Assembly: GCA_014729135.1 (NCBI GenBank)
Contig: WJKK01000001.1
Span: 389,462-453,461 of the forward strand
From: a candidate division WWE3 bacterium
Lineage (GTDB): Bacteria; Patescibacteriota; WWE3; UBA101185; UBA10185
DNA: 64,000 bases
Direction: 5' to 3'
Shown here one piece after another: positions 47,081-57,652 of this stretch. The notes under the pieces are model-generated. The model ran no database searches and was not told the origin of the DNA. It was given only the letters and a program-made list of their open reading frames with translations. The stretch's first letter is position 1. Each line of letters starts with the position of its first letter. A program made the translations under genes and the position numbers.

Positions 47081-48310
47081 ATGAGGATAGCGGTCTTTAT
47101 TAAATCCACAACATTTCATGCTAATTTTGGCGGGTTGGAAACTCAAAACAAAGTTCTCTGTGAAGGTCTAGTAAAACGGGGTCATGACGTTTTAGTCTTT
47201 GCACCTCAACAAGAGCTCAAATTTGAAACCAAATACGAAAACGGGGTCAAATACCACTTCATCCCCTCCGTTTATCGCCTGCTCCGCTTTAACAAAAACA
47301 ATTGGTATTACAAATCTCAAGAAGCATTTCAAAAATTTCACAAAGAAAAATCCTTTGACCTCATACTTAGCCAAAGTTCTGCCGGAGTCGGCCCTATCTC
47401 TACAAAAGACACCTACAAAGTTCCCGCTATTTCCATCTCACATGGCACCATCCTTGGAGAGTTTCGAACACGCCTCCAAACGGCCACAGGACTTAAAGAA
47501 CTTTTAGCCCTAACAAAAGACACTCTATTTGTTCTTCATAACTTTTTTGGGCGTCAGCGCAAGTTTGTTCATGGTTCTGACAAAATCATTGCCGTATCTT
47601 CCGCTGTAAAAGAAGCTTTAGTTGAAGAGACCTTTACTCTGGAGGATAAAATAGAGGTGATAAACAATGGCATAGATCCCAAAAAGATAGAAAATGCCAA
47701 GCCTCCAGCGCATGACCATGCCTCGCCATCTAAAAAATCGATCCTTTATGTAGGGCAAATACAAAAGTCCAAAGGTTTGAATACTTTATTCAAATTAGCC
47801 CAAGAGCCCGAATTTAAGGATGTAGACTTTGAAGTGATTGGTGGGGGAGATTATCTGGAAGAACTTAGGCAAAAAACCAAATCCGCCAACATGCAGGATA
47901 AGTTTCGTCTTCATGGCAAACTTCCCTACGAGAAAGTGTTGGCTTATTTCAAAACCCCTTCAATAAAGTTATTTGCACTTCCCACTCAAAGAGTTGAAGG
48001 CTTCCCAATGGTCTTAGTAGAGGCGTTATTTGCAGGACTCCCTATAGTGGCTTATGATATAGGAGGCGTTTCAGATGCTGTGATTACGGGTAAGACAGGT
48101 TTTTTGGTTCCTGCAGGGGATTACGAAACTTTTAAGAAGCACGTCCTTGAGTTACTTTCGGATGTAGATTTACAGGAGAATCTCAGCAAACCCGCTAAAG
48201 ACTTTGCCTACAGTAATCTTACTTTGGAAGCTGTGTTATCAAGTTATGAGGAGGTTTTTGAGCAAGTAGTTGATTCGCAGGAGGAACCTGCAGAGGCTTC
48301 TGAACTTTAG
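47081..48310 (+). CDS. glycosyltransferase family 4
   Basis: ORF 47018 trimmed to MRIAVFIKS at 47081; ...EGFPMVLVEALFAGLPIVAYDIGG... Confidence 0.75.
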   Translation: MRIAVFIKSTTFHANFGGLETQNKVLCEGLVKRGHDVLVFAPQQELKFETKYENGVKYHFIPSVYRLLRFNKNNWYYKSQEAFQKFHKEKSFDLILSQSSAGVGPISTKDTYKVPAISISHGTILGEFRTRLQTATGLKELLALTKDTLFVLHNFFGRQRKFVHGSDKIIAVSSAVKEALVEETFTLEDKIEVINNGIDPKKIENAKPPAHDHASPSKKSILYVGQIQKSKGLNTLFKLAQEPEFKDVDFEVIGGGDYLEELRQKTKSANMQDKFRLHGKLPYEKVLAYFKTPSIKLFALPTQRVEGFPMVLVEALFAGLPIVAYDIGGVSDAVITGKTGFLVPAGDYETFKKHVLELLSDVDLQENLSKPAKDFAYSNLTLEAVLSSYEEVFEQVVDSQEEPAEASEL

Positions 48311-48331
48311 TTAGAATTAAAAAATAAACAT

Positions 48332-49525
48332 ATGAAAATATTACGCATAATTTATGACTGGCCGGAACCTTGGGTAGGTTTGTCACCGCATCCGTATGAA
48401 CTTACCGTTTCACAGGCTAAAAAAGGGCATGAAATAACAGTCTTTGCAGGTCAATGGCCCCGATCCGGAAAAATGCAAACTCCCGAAAACGTTACCGTTA
48501 AAGGATTCATTCGCGAACCCCTTAAAGGAACACTTAACATAACGACGTCTATAGCTCTCTTTTTTTACTATTTAAAATGGCGCAAACAAAACACTCCGGA
48601 TGTGGTGCATGCGCATGGCCATTTTGCTATTTGGATTTATCTCTATCGACTCTTTTTAAAACGCTTCTTTAAAAAAGCTAAAGAGCTGGACATCCCTTTA
48701 GTAGCGCACTTCCACAATACGGTAGAGGGTCGCAAACAAAAACTTGAAAGTACGGGAGCTTCCATAGATCCAATTTCCCAATACCTTTCCTGGCCTTTAG
48801 CAAAGCTTTCAGATCAATGGGCAATTAAGGCAGCAGATGCTTACATTTTTGTTAGTGATGAGCTTAAAGAGGAGGCAAAAAAGTTCTATGGTGCTTCCGA
48901 GGAAAAAAGTTTTATTGTGGAGTCCGGAGTAAACGATGCACTTTTTAGACCGGTAGGCGAAGAAGAAAAGGAAAAAACCCGCCATGATTTGGATCTGGAT
49001 CGTTTAGATCGTGTAATCATTAATTACGGCATGATGGTGGAGCGCAAAAATATTCATGAGCTAATTCTTTCGCTTAAACATCTTCCCGAGAAATACAAAC
49101 TTTTGCTTGTTGGTCCAGGAGATAACGAATACCTGGAAAAACTTAACCAAATAATTAAAGACAACAAACTTACTTCGCGCATTATTCAGGCAGGCTACAC
49201 GCCTTATCCGCAAATTCCCATTGCACTTCAAGCAGCGGACATTTTTGTGCTTCCCTCCAGTTTTGAAGGAACGCCAAAAGTAGTTATGGAAAGTTTATCC
49301 TGTGGAGTTCCTGCTTTAGTTTCAGGGTTTAAGCTTTCGGAAGACATAAAAGGGTTGTTTTACCTTGATTCTACAGATGCTGAAACAATTGCCCGACAAA
49401 TTCGCGAAGTAGATCAGCAAAGCGTTTACGTTGATAGAGGAAAAGTGCATCAGTTATTTTCCTGGGCCACACGTGCTCAAAAAGTTGAGAAAGTCTATGA
49501 ATTTGTTACAAAGACTAAAAGCTAA
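48332..49525 (+). CDS. glycosyltransferase, GT4-like
   Basis: 397 aa; ...SFEGTPKVVMESLSCGVPALVS... Confidence 0.65.
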   Translation: MKILRIIYDWPEPWVGLSPHPYELTVSQAKKGHEITVFAGQWPRSGKMQTPENVTVKGFIREPLKGTLNITTSIALFFYYLKWRKQNTPDVVHAHGHFAIWIYLYRLFLKRFFKKAKELDIPLVAHFHNTVEGRKQKLESTGASIDPISQYLSWPLAKLSDQWAIKAADAYIFVSDELKEEAKKFYGASEEKSFIVESGVNDALFRPVGEEEKEKTRHDLDLDRLDRVIINYGMMVERKNIHELILSLKHLPEKYKLLLVGPGDNEYLEKLNQIIKDNKLTSRIIQAGYTPYPQIPIALQAADIFVLPSSFEGTPKVVMESLSCGVPALVSGFKLSEDIKGLFYLDSTDAETIARQIREVDQQSVYVDRGKVHQLFSWATRAQKVEKVYEFVTKTKS

Positions 49526-51137
49526 ACCGCAACTTCTACTTTTTGCTCTCTTTTTTGCCTTCCACTTGCTGCTTTTAAATGTTAATTACGTGGAGTGGGG
49601 CGACTCTTACAGAATTTTGCGGGCTTCCGAATATATTAGGGATTTTAGTTATCCCCTTGATGAAAAGCGTCCTCCTTTGTATTCTGCGCTTCTTGCCTTG
49701 CGTCCTTTGAAAGATTTGGATCCTGTCTTTTGGGGTAAGGTTTTTATGCTTGCAGTGAGCGCTTTGTGTTTTTATGTTTTTTATCTGGTTTCCCGGGAGA
49801 TTTTTAAAAAGCATGCAAATTCAAAAAAGCTGACTTTAATTTCTTTGTTGTTTTTTGCTTTCAATCCGGTGTTTTTTTATTGGTCATTGCGTATTTATGC
49901 GGATGCTTTTTTTGCTCTTTTGGTTTTGCTGGCCCTTTTAGTTTATTTGAAGGACAAGGAGCTTACCCATTTTAAGACGTTTTTCTTTTTGGCTTTGCTT
50001 TCAGCTTTAGGGATTTTGACCCGTTTTGAAGGTTATCTTTTGGTGCTATCTCTTGGTCTAACTTTTTTGCTTAAGGGTTTTCAACGGATAGATTACACGT
50101 CCTTACAAACTCTGACTATTTCCAAGCTTTGGGACGTAATTAGAAAGCCTCTAACTTACGGTCTTTTAACTACTCTGTTGATTTTGCCTTATTGGATTTG
50201 GCGAAACCCCCTAGCATCCAGTTATTTTGAGGAGCCTTCAGGGCGTTCTTATGATTTAGTAATGCTGGCTCGTTATATTTTGTCACTAGCATTTTTATTT
50301 GGATTTACCCCCGCTTTTGCTTTTTTTGCGGGTAGTTACAAAAAGGCAGCTCACTTTTTTAAGGAGAATCTATTTGTGTTTATCTTTACTTTTCTAGAGT
50401 TGCTGCTTGTTTTGGCTTGGCCGGCCGCAGTTCCTCGTTTGTTCATTCCTGTAATTCCGCTGTTAATTTGGCCTTTAAGTATTTCTGTTTCAGCTTACTT
50501 TCGCTCTTTAAACGAGACTCCCTCAAATAATCACTTCTCCCGCATGACCCTGCCTCTTTTCTCACTAGGATTAACAGCACTTTACATTCTAGGGCAGCGC
50601 TTTATAACACTTCAGTTTTTGATTCCCTCTTTTAAGTTGGTTTTGGTGGTGGCTTTAATAAATCTGCTGGCCCTTTGGCCTCTCTACAAAAAATCCCTTG
50701 TTCCTTTTATGGCTCTAACCGCTCTATCAATAATCTTATGGTCAGCCGGAGTAATTTATGCCCATCGCAATATTTACAGCACTATTCGTCAAGGGCTTGA
50801 TTACTTAACAAATCCCGCAAATGATGTTTACGGAAGGGTGGCTTATAACGATTCCAGTAGTGTTTCGGATTGGTATCTAAATGAAAACCCCACTATTTTT
50901 TCTCAAGCACTTGAAGGGACCTATTTTGAATACGGCTCCTCTGAGCAACTTTCTCTTTCAAACCTGCAGGAGAAAGGTTATGACTACCTCCTTTTTACAA
51001 ACGAACACAATCCGGCTTTAGATGTTGACTTTGATAAGCGTCCTTATTTAAAGACTTTGGCAACTTTTGAGAAGGAGATAAATGGTAAAATGTTCTTCAC
51101 GAAAGTAATAGAGGTTATGGAGCCCTCAACGGAGTAA
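49497..51137 (+). CDS. polytopic GT-C-type membrane glycosyltransferase (PMT/ArnT-like), putative
   Basis: ~546 aa from the ATG at 49497 (ORF 49431); more than 10 predicted TM helices plus a C-terminal soluble domain. Confidence 0.5.
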   Translation: MNLLQRLKAKPQLLLFALFFAFHLLLLNVNYVEWGDSYRILRASEYIRDFSYPLDEKRPPLYSALLALRPLKDLDPVFWGKVFMLAVSALCFYVFYLVSREIFKKHANSKKLTLISLLFFAFNPVFFYWSLRIYADAFFALLVLLALLVYLKDKELTHFKTFFFLALLSALGILTRFEGYLLVLSLGLTFLLKGFQRIDYTSLQTLTISKLWDVIRKPLTYGLLTTLLILPYWIWRNPLASSYFEEPSGRSYDLVMLARYILSLAFLFGFTPAFAFFAGSYKKAAHFFKENLFVFIFTFLELLLVLAWPAAVPRLFIPVIPLLIWPLSISVSAYFRSLNETPSNNHFSRMTLPLFSLGLTALYILGQRFITLQFLIPSFKLVLVVALINLLALWPLYKKSLVPFMALTALSIILWSAGVIYAHRNIYSTIRQGLDYLTNPANDVYGRVAYNDSSSVSDWYLNENPTIFSQALEGTYFEYGSSEQLSLSNLQEKGYDYLLFTNEHNPALDVDFDKRPYLKTLATFEKEINGKMFFTKVIEVMEPSTE

Positions 51138-51203
51138 AAAGCGGTGAAACCCTCCTTGGAGCTGGCGTCAAAAAACAAATCTAAAAGCTGATACAATTTT
51201 TAT

Positions 51204-51896
51204 ATGAAATTATCAATCGTAATACCGGTTTACAACGAAAAAGACACACTTAAAAAGCTTCTTAAAAAAGTTGAAGAGGTTGATTTGGAAGGCGTGGAAA
51301 AGGAGTTTGTTTTAGTGGACGATGCCTCTTCTGATGGTTCTGCAGAATTATTAAAAGAGATTCAAAAAGAAAATCCTGAATATAAAACTTACTTTCATTT
51401 AACAAATCAAGGTAAAGGCGCAAGTTTGCGGGATGCTTTTCAGTTAACTACAGGTGATTACGTAATTGTTCAGGATGCTGACTTAGAGTACGATCCGCAA
51501 GATTATAAAAAGCTTTTGCGAGCTTTAGAGGAGGAGCATGTTGATGTTGTTTATGGTTCCCGTTTTTCGGGAAGTTACAAAGATATGACCGGTCTTCATT
51601 ATATTGGTAACAAAGCCTTAACGCTTCTTACCAATATTTTGTATGGTGTGATGCTGACGGATATGGAAACTTGTTATAAGCTTTTGCCGGGGGATTTTGT
51701 GCGCAGTTTAAAGATCAAGTCTAATCGTTTTAATTTTGAGCCTGAAATAACGGCAAAAATCCTAAAGTCAGGTATGAAAATAGTGGAGGTGCCCATTTCC
51801 TATGAGGGTCGCTCCTTTGAGGAAGGTAAAAAAATTACTTGGCGCGATGGTATTTCTGCTTTGGCAACTTTAATTTTGTTTAGGTTTACCGACTAG
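51204..51896 (+). CDS. GT2 glycosyltransferase (Dpm1-like)
   Basis: 230 aa; IVIPVYNEKD...LVDDASSDGS...VQDADLEYDP. Confidence 0.8.
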   Translation: MKLSIVIPVYNEKDTLKKLLKKVEEVDLEGVEKEFVLVDDASSDGSAELLKEIQKENPEYKTYFHLTNQGKGASLRDAFQLTTGDYVIVQDADLEYDPQDYKKLLRALEEEHVDVVYGSRFSGSYKDMTGLHYIGNKALTLLTNILYGVMLTDMETCYKLLPGDFVRSLKIKSNRFNFEPEITAKILKSGMKIVEVPISYEGRSFEEGKKITWRDGISALATLILFRFTD

Positions 51897-51986
51897 GCAT
51901 CCGTTAAATGTGGACTGGTATGTGCGAGAGCATGGACGCAGGAACAAGCGTAGGCAAGAAATGCCTCTTAAATCAACACTAAAACT

Positions 51987-54089
51987 ATGCAGAAGTTTAT
52001 TAATTTTATAAAAAAGAACTTCTTTCTAATTGCCTTAGCCCTTTATTCTCTAGGCTTTTTGGCTGTAAACGTCAAAATGAACCTCTTTAGCTATCATAAC
52101 TTTGATTTTGGGAAGTTTGACCTAGGGAACATGACCCAAATGGTTTGGAATACTATGCATGGGCGTTTCCTTTACCTAACGGATTATTTTGGTACGAATA
52201 TGCCTCGGTGGGGAATGAGTCATGTTGATCCTATTTTGGTCCTGTTTGTTCCGGTCTTTTTCTTTTTTCAGTCTCCTTTAACTTTGGTTTTTTCGCAGTT
52301 GATTTTAGTAACGGCAACTTCTTTTCTAATTTACAAACTGGCAGAGCTTAAACTTAAATCCTCTTTAACAGCATTTTTGTTAGCTTTGTCCTACCTTTTA
52401 TATCCTGCTGTTGGGTTTTTAACAGCTAGAACAGGCTTTCATGGAGTCACCTCCGCAATTTTCTTTTTTACGGCAACCTTCTATGTTTTTGAGCTTATGT
52501 ATGAGAAAAATAATTTTTCAACAAAGTGGCTAAGTCTTTTTTGGGTTCTAGCTGCAATCACAATGAGCGGTAAGGAGCAAATTCCCTTGTATACTTTTTT
52601 CTTTGGTCTTTTTATTTGGCTTTACCGTGGGAAGAAAAAACTAGGGCTAACCCTCTCCGGAGTTTCTTTTGCTTGGTTTGTAGCTGCTTTTTTCATTATT
52701 ATTCCGGCCTTTGCAGATTATCGTATTGAAGGTTATCGGGATTTTGCCACTAATCTGGGGCTTTCCGGAGACTCCCTTACGGACGTTACAAGCTCAAACT
52801 ACTTTCTAAGCCGTTACGAAGAATTTGGCGAAACCTATACAGAAGTAATGTGGGGAATGGTTACACATCCGGGCCAGGTTGCTCGCGTGTTTTTTGGCGG
52901 AGAAAAGATGAAAAACTTTAAAGAAACGCTACTTCCTGTGGGCTACATTCCTTTTGTTTATCCGGCAACGTTTATAATGGCCCTGCCCGATTTTCTAATC
53001 AACTATTTAACTACTGCCGGTGGAATTGGTACTGCCGAAATTTACAATCATAGGGTTTCCATGATTGTACCGGTTGTTTTTATTTCTGTTATTTTTAGCA
53101 TTCAGTTTTTAGCAGGGGTCGTTAGCAAGTGGCAGCCAAAGCTTAAATACAATTACGTTTTGATCTCTTTAGCAGGTTTAATTTTAGGTTTAAACATCTA
53201 TACAAGTTTTAAATTTAATAATCCCGTTTACTTGTGGATTGAGCAAGCTGTTCGTAAAAGGGTGATTCATTTTGTGCATGCAAAGACTTTGGATGATGAG
53301 GTTGATCTAAATGATTTGGAAATAGGCGATGTGGAACGCTTTTCCCACTTGGAAAACAAGGATCGCGAATGTGCTTCAAATATTGTCCAAATGATTCGCC
53401 AAAAGGAGCAAGACGTAGAGGAAAGATTTTCAATTTCAGGTCCCGATTATTTAGGGGCGCACCTTTCTATGCGAGAAACTTATGCAATTTTCCCGGCCCT
53501 TTATAATGAAGCAGATTACGTTATTGTGGATGTTTTTTCTAAAAAAATTATGCGAATTTTAGATGCAGACGTTAATTTAGTTCGTGATGTAGTTGAAGAT
53601 ATTATTAGAAATCCTGATTATAAGCTTGCTGCCGGTTGTGGAAATCTTTTTGTTTTTGAAAAGGTTGGAGCACATGAAAAAGATTCTAAGCTTCCTTTGC
53701 AAGAACGTTATGCCTTTGAAGAAAAGCTTGATCTTGAAATCTTTAAGACACTTACAGTTGTAGATTATTCCTTGCCTACGGAGCTAACTCGTGGTGAAAA
53801 CTCCAATTTAGAAATTGCTTACGTTAAAAGGGGAGACGATGCTTTAGACGGCTACTTTTTGTTTTTGACGTTTGTAAATGAAGAAACTGAGGAGATGTAT
53901 CAGGTGGCAAATCTTCCCTCGTTTAGTTTGTATGAGCTTCCCGACTGGACAGAGGACCGTTATTATATTGAAAATCTAGAGCTTGCCTTGCCGGAGTTTT
54001 TGGATGCGGGAGATTATAAGGTTTTTGTAGGCATGTCTAACATTATTCGCACACGCAGTCTTTATTTAGGCGATGTTGTTGTAAAGTAG
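51987..54089 (+). CDS. large polytopic membrane protein with ~300-aa C-terminal soluble domain (DUF2079/GT-C-like, tentative)
   Basis: 700 aa; N-terminal ~400 aa multi-TM; no catalytic motif recognised. Confidence 0.45.
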   Translation: MQKFINFIKKNFFLIALALYSLGFLAVNVKMNLFSYHNFDFGKFDLGNMTQMVWNTMHGRFLYLTDYFGTNMPRWGMSHVDPILVLFVPVFFFFQSPLTLVFSQLILVTATSFLIYKLAELKLKSSLTAFLLALSYLLYPAVGFLTARTGFHGVTSAIFFFTATFYVFELMYEKNNFSTKWLSLFWVLAAITMSGKEQIPLYTFFFGLFIWLYRGKKKLGLTLSGVSFAWFVAAFFIIIPAFADYRIEGYRDFATNLGLSGDSLTDVTSSNYFLSRYEEFGETYTEVMWGMVTHPGQVARVFFGGEKMKNFKETLLPVGYIPFVYPATFIMALPDFLINYLTTAGGIGTAEIYNHRVSMIVPVVFISVIFSIQFLAGVVSKWQPKLKYNYVLISLAGLILGLNIYTSFKFNNPVYLWIEQAVRKRVIHFVHAKTLDDEVDLNDLEIGDVERFSHLENKDRECASNIVQMIRQKEQDVEERFSISGPDYLGAHLSMRETYAIFPALYNEADYVIVDVFSKKIMRILDADVNLVRDVVEDIIRNPDYKLAAGCGNLFVFEKVGAHEKDSKLPLQERYAFEEKLDLEIFKTLTVVDYSLPTELTRGENSNLEIAYVKRGDDALDGYFLFLTFVNEETEEMYQVANLPSFSLYELPDWTEDRYYIENLELALPEFLDAGDYKVFVGMSNIIRTRSLYLGDVVVK

Positions 54090-54095
54090 GTTTAT

Positions 54096-55595
54096 ATGAA
54101 GTCATTAGTTAAATTGCAAGTTTATAGTTTCATTTCGCGAATGAGTGCTATGCTTTTGGGAATGATTCAGACGTTTGTAATTGTTCGTGTCCTGACAGTT
54201 TCCGAGTGGGGAGTTGTGCAGTTGGCTGCTTCCATTGGAGGTGCCTTTGGAATTTACCAGCATCTTGGCCTTTCCTCCGGTTCTACCCGGGAGATTTCCG
54301 CTGCCAAGGACGATGAAGATGTTTTTAAGATTTTTTTGACCGGTTTAATAATTCGCTATTTGGTGACAATTCCCATTGCTTTATTTTTGTTTTTCTCTGC
54401 AAATAACCTAGCCCTAAATAAATATAGTAATGCTGCTCTAATTTTGCCTATTAAGCTTTACGCATTGGTTTTAATTGTTGAAAGTGCTCAAAGCATTTTA
54501 AATTCAGTAATTTCTGGAACCAAGCGCTTCAAACAGCTTTTCATTTATCAATCCTTGATAGCTTTAATTAGCGTCTGCATTTATATTCCTTTAGTCTACT
54601 TTTTTAAAGTTAATGGCTACTTTTATGCCTTGGCTTTGTTTAATTTAATTGGGACTTTAACTTTAACTGTTGTAGCTTTTAAGCCCTATTTAGGAAAGAT
54701 CTCGCTACCTTCCAAAGAAGATTTTGTGCGCTTGTTTAAAGAGCTTTTGTCTATTAGTTTGGCAATTTATGTGGTTAAGATAATTTATACGTGGTGGGAA
54801 AAGTCCGGCGCTTTATTGTTGGGGCTTGATTTAAGTTCTGAAATGGTGGCCTTCTTTTCTTTTGCGCTTTTGTATGGCAAGAAGTTGATGTTAATTTCGG
54901 ATTCAGCTACAACTGTTAATTTGCCGGTTTTATCAGAAAAGTTTACGGAGAATTTATATGAGTTTAAGGAGCTTTTCGTTAATAATTTTAATAAGCTTTA
55001 TGTTTTTATTTTAGGGGCGGGTTTTGCAGCTGTGTTTTGGGCTCGAGAAATCTTTTACGTTTTAGTTGGAGGTAATAAGTATGATTCTTCGTTGCCTCTA
55101 GTTTTGCCTTTGGTTTTTGCTTTTGTTTTTTATTCGCTTATTAACATAATTAAATCAAGTATTGTGATTCCGGCTAAGAAGGTGTTTATTATGATTGCCA
55201 GTTTTGTAATTATGATTGTTGTAACTGTAGGAGGGTTCTTTTTGTTTGGGGATAAACTGGATCCCTTGATTGCCATGGCGTATTTTGTGGCTCTGGGGAG
55301 TTTTTCCGGGCTATTGTTTATGAGTTTTGCCGGTTCTTTTAAGTTGCAGTTTAATATTTTAGGTTGGAAGCACTTTGTTTTGCTTGTTCAGGTTTTGGGA
55401 ATGTCTTTAAGCTTTTTACTGCAGAATGTATGGTTGAAAGTAATTTTATTCATTGTTTTTGTTTGGCTTTATTGGTGGGCAGTTACATTAACAGGATTTT
55501 TAACAAAGGAGCATGTCTTTATTGCCAAGGAGTTGGTTTTGTCTAAGTTAGGGGAGCTAAGGGCTAGGTTTAGGAGAGTGGAGGGAGAAATTTAA
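54096..55595 (+). CDS. Wzx-like polysaccharide/oligosaccharide flippase (MOP superfamily)
   Basis: 499 aa; ~14 TM; N-terminus typical of polysaccharide biosynthesis proteins. Confidence 0.7.
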   Translation: MKSLVKLQVYSFISRMSAMLLGMIQTFVIVRVLTVSEWGVVQLAASIGGAFGIYQHLGLSSGSTREISAAKDDEDVFKIFLTGLIIRYLVTIPIALFLFFSANNLALNKYSNAALILPIKLYALVLIVESAQSILNSVISGTKRFKQLFIYQSLIALISVCIYIPLVYFFKVNGYFYALALFNLIGTLTLTVVAFKPYLGKISLPSKEDFVRLFKELLSISLAIYVVKIIYTWWEKSGALLLGLDLSSEMVAFFSFALLYGKKLMLISDSATTVNLPVLSEKFTENLYEFKELFVNNFNKLYVFILGAGFAAVFWAREIFYVLVGGNKYDSSLPLVLPLVFAFVFYSLINIIKSSIVIPAKKVFIMIASFVIMIVVTVGGFFLFGDKLDPLIAMAYFVALGSFSGLLFMSFAGSFKLQFNILGWKHFVLLVQVLGMSLSFLLQNVWLKVILFIVFVWLYWWAVTLTGFLTKEHVFIAKELVLSKLGELRARFRRVEGEI

Positions 55596-55598
55596 AAA

Positions 55599-56156
55599 TT
55601 GAAAGTAATAGTTGGTTCTAAAAATCCGGTTAAGCTGGGAGCTGTTGTCAGCGCCTTTGAAGCGATGTTTCCTGGAATTTCATTTGAATTTGAAGGGGTT
55701 TCAGTAGCTTCTGGTGTAAGTGATCAACCTATGTCCGAAGAGGAAACTTTGGAGGGTGCTGAAATTAGAGCTCGTAATGCTCGGGAATCTTCTCCGGAAG
55801 CGACTTATTGGGTTGGTGTTGAAGGTGGTTTGGAAAAAGACTCCTTTGGGTTGCGGTGTTTTAGTTGGGTAGTTGTTCTTGGAAATTCTTCGTGCGTTGG
55901 AAAGGGTTCCTCCGGTAGTTTTTACCTTCCCGCTAAGATTAGCTCTTTAATTGCTGATGGAAAAACTCTAGGTGAAGCAGATGATTTGGTTTTTGATCGA
56001 AAAGATTCATCCAAGAAAGCTGGGGCGATAGGGCTCTTAACCGGAGGAGTAATTAATCGAGAGACTTTTTATTTTCCCGCTGTTGTTAGAGCCCTAATTC
56101 CCCATTTGAATAGTGATTTGTACCCCCATAGTGACTCTCCTAAGCATTCAATATGA
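55599..56156 (+). CDS. yjjX: non-canonical purine NTP phosphatase (YjjX family)
   Basis: 185 aa; MKVIVGSKNPVKL...SGVSDQPMSEEET...YWVGVEGG matches the YjjX ITPase/XTPase pattern. Confidence 0.75.
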   Translation: MKVIVGSKNPVKLGAVVSAFEAMFPGISFEFEGVSVASGVSDQPMSEEETLEGAEIRARNARESSPEATYWVGVEGGLEKDSFGLRCFSWVVVLGNSSCVGKGSSGSFYLPAKISSLIADGKTLGEADDLVFDRKDSSKKAGAIGLLTGGVINRETFYFPAVVRALIPHLNSDLYPHSDSPKHSI

Positions 56157-56224
56157 ATCCTAAGAAGGTATTAAACTTTTTTCATTCTTTTTTTCAATTT
56201 ACTTCAAGTGTGTATAATACCTCC

Positions 56225-57652
56225 ATGGCTTTAGAAAAGCGAAACATCACATCCCAAAAAGAAAGCTTTGCAAAGTGGTATCAAGATGTAGTTCGAGAGG
56301 CAGAATTAGCTGAAAATTCCGATGTGAGAGGTTGCGGTATTGTTAAGCCCTACGGTTTTAAGATCTGGAAACTTATTAAAGAAGAACTCTCCCGAAAAAT
56401 AGATTCTTCCGGTGTTGAAGAGGTGTATTTTCCAATGTTTATACCTCTAAGTAATTTAAATGCGGAAGCTGCTCATGTGGAGGGATTTTCTCCTGAACTT
56501 GCGGTTGTAACTCATGGCGGCGGAAAAGAATTGGAGGAACCTTTGGCTGTTCGCCCTACAAGTGAATCTTCTATGTATCCAACTTTTGGTAAGTGGATAC
56601 AAAGTTATAGAGATTTACCTTTGAGAGTTAATCAATGGAATAATGTTGTGCGCTGGGAAAAACGTCCTCGTCCCTTTTTACGTTGGTCGGAGTTTCTTTG
56701 GCAAGAGGGCCACACAGCTTTTGCAACAGAAAAGGCAGCTCGTAAGGAAGTCCGGGAAATGCTTGAAATGTATAAAGATTTATATGAGTACATGGCTATT
56801 CCCAGTTTTATAGGACGTAAGTCAACTTTGGAAAAATTTGCGGGAGCCGAGATGACTACAACAGTAGAGCTTATGGTTCGCGACGGAAAAGCTATTCAAG
56901 GAGCAACAAGTCACTATTTGGGTACTAACTTTGCTAAAGTTTTTGATGTCCAATATTTAGGTGAAGATGGAGATTTGCATTATTGTCATCAAAATAGTTG
57001 GGGATTAAGTTGGCGCTCTGTTGGTGCCGTTATTATGGCTCATGGTGATGACAGTGGTTTAAGGCTTCCCCCAAATATAGCACCTATACAAGTTGTTATT
57101 GTTCCTATATATAAGGAGGATACACGCTCTAAGGTTTTGGAGTTTGCGGAAAATTTGAAAGAGGAGTTGAGCGATTTTAGAGTTGCGGTAGATCTACGAG
57201 ATGATCAAACTCCCGGTTTTAAATTTAACCATTGGGAGGTTAAGGGAGTTCCTTTGCGTTTGGAGGTAGGAGCTCGTGAAATTGATGAAGGTAAAATTAC
57301 TGTTTTTCGCAGGGACCTAAATGCCAAAACTTCTATTCCTTTAGTTGACTTGTCAAATCAGGTTGAGGGGCTTTTAAAATCTGTTTATACTGAATTATTT
57401 AAACAGGCCAAGGATTTTTCCAGTCGGCATATTCATAGAATAGAAAGTATTGACGATATTAATGATCAAGTAGGCTTTTTTGAGGCAAGTTGGTGTGAGA
57501 GTGTGGAGTCCGAAAAACTCTTAAAAGAGAAATTTTCCATGGTTTCAAGGGTTTTACCGCGTGAGTTTGAAGACAAGGAGCCAAAAAACGAGAAGTGTTT
57601 TATAACGGGAGAACCTGCTAAACATGATTGGCTTTTTGCCAAGTCTTATTGA
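56225..57652 (+). CDS. proS: prolyl-tRNA synthetase, archaeal/eukaryotic type (no editing domain)
   Basis: ORF 56153 trimmed to the ATG at 56225; FAKWYQDV... N-terminus, class II motifs, C-terminal Zn-binding domain ending ...AKSY. Confidence 0.85.
   Translation: MALEKRNITSQKESFAKWYQDVVREAELAENSDVRGCGIVKPYGFKIWKLIKEELSRKIDSSGVEEVYFPMFIPLSNLNAEAAHVEGFSPELAVVTHGGGKELEEPLAVRPTSESSMYPTFGKWIQSYRDLPLRVNQWNNVVRWEKRPRPFLRWSEFLWQEGHTAFATEKAARKEVREMLEMYKDLYEYMAIPSFIGRKSTLEKFAGAEMTTTVELMVRDGKAIQGATSHYLGTNFAKVFDVQYLGEDGDLHYCHQNSWGLSWRSVGAVIMAHGDDSGLRLPPNIAPIQVVIVPIYKEDTRSKVLEFAENLKEELSDFRVAVDLRDDQTPGFKFNHWEVKGVPLRLEVGAREIDEGKITVFRRDLNAKTSIPLVDLSNQVEGLLKSVYTELFKQAKDFSSRHIHRIESIDDINDQVGFFEASWCESVESEKLLKEKFSMVSRVLPREFEDKEPKNEKCFITGEPAKHDWLFAKSY

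Noticed and set aside
51897-51986. GC-rich 70-nt element considered as a tRNA
   Set aside because: No D-loop or T-loop consensus and no acceptor-stem/CCA geometry. It is kept only as an unassigned structured element.
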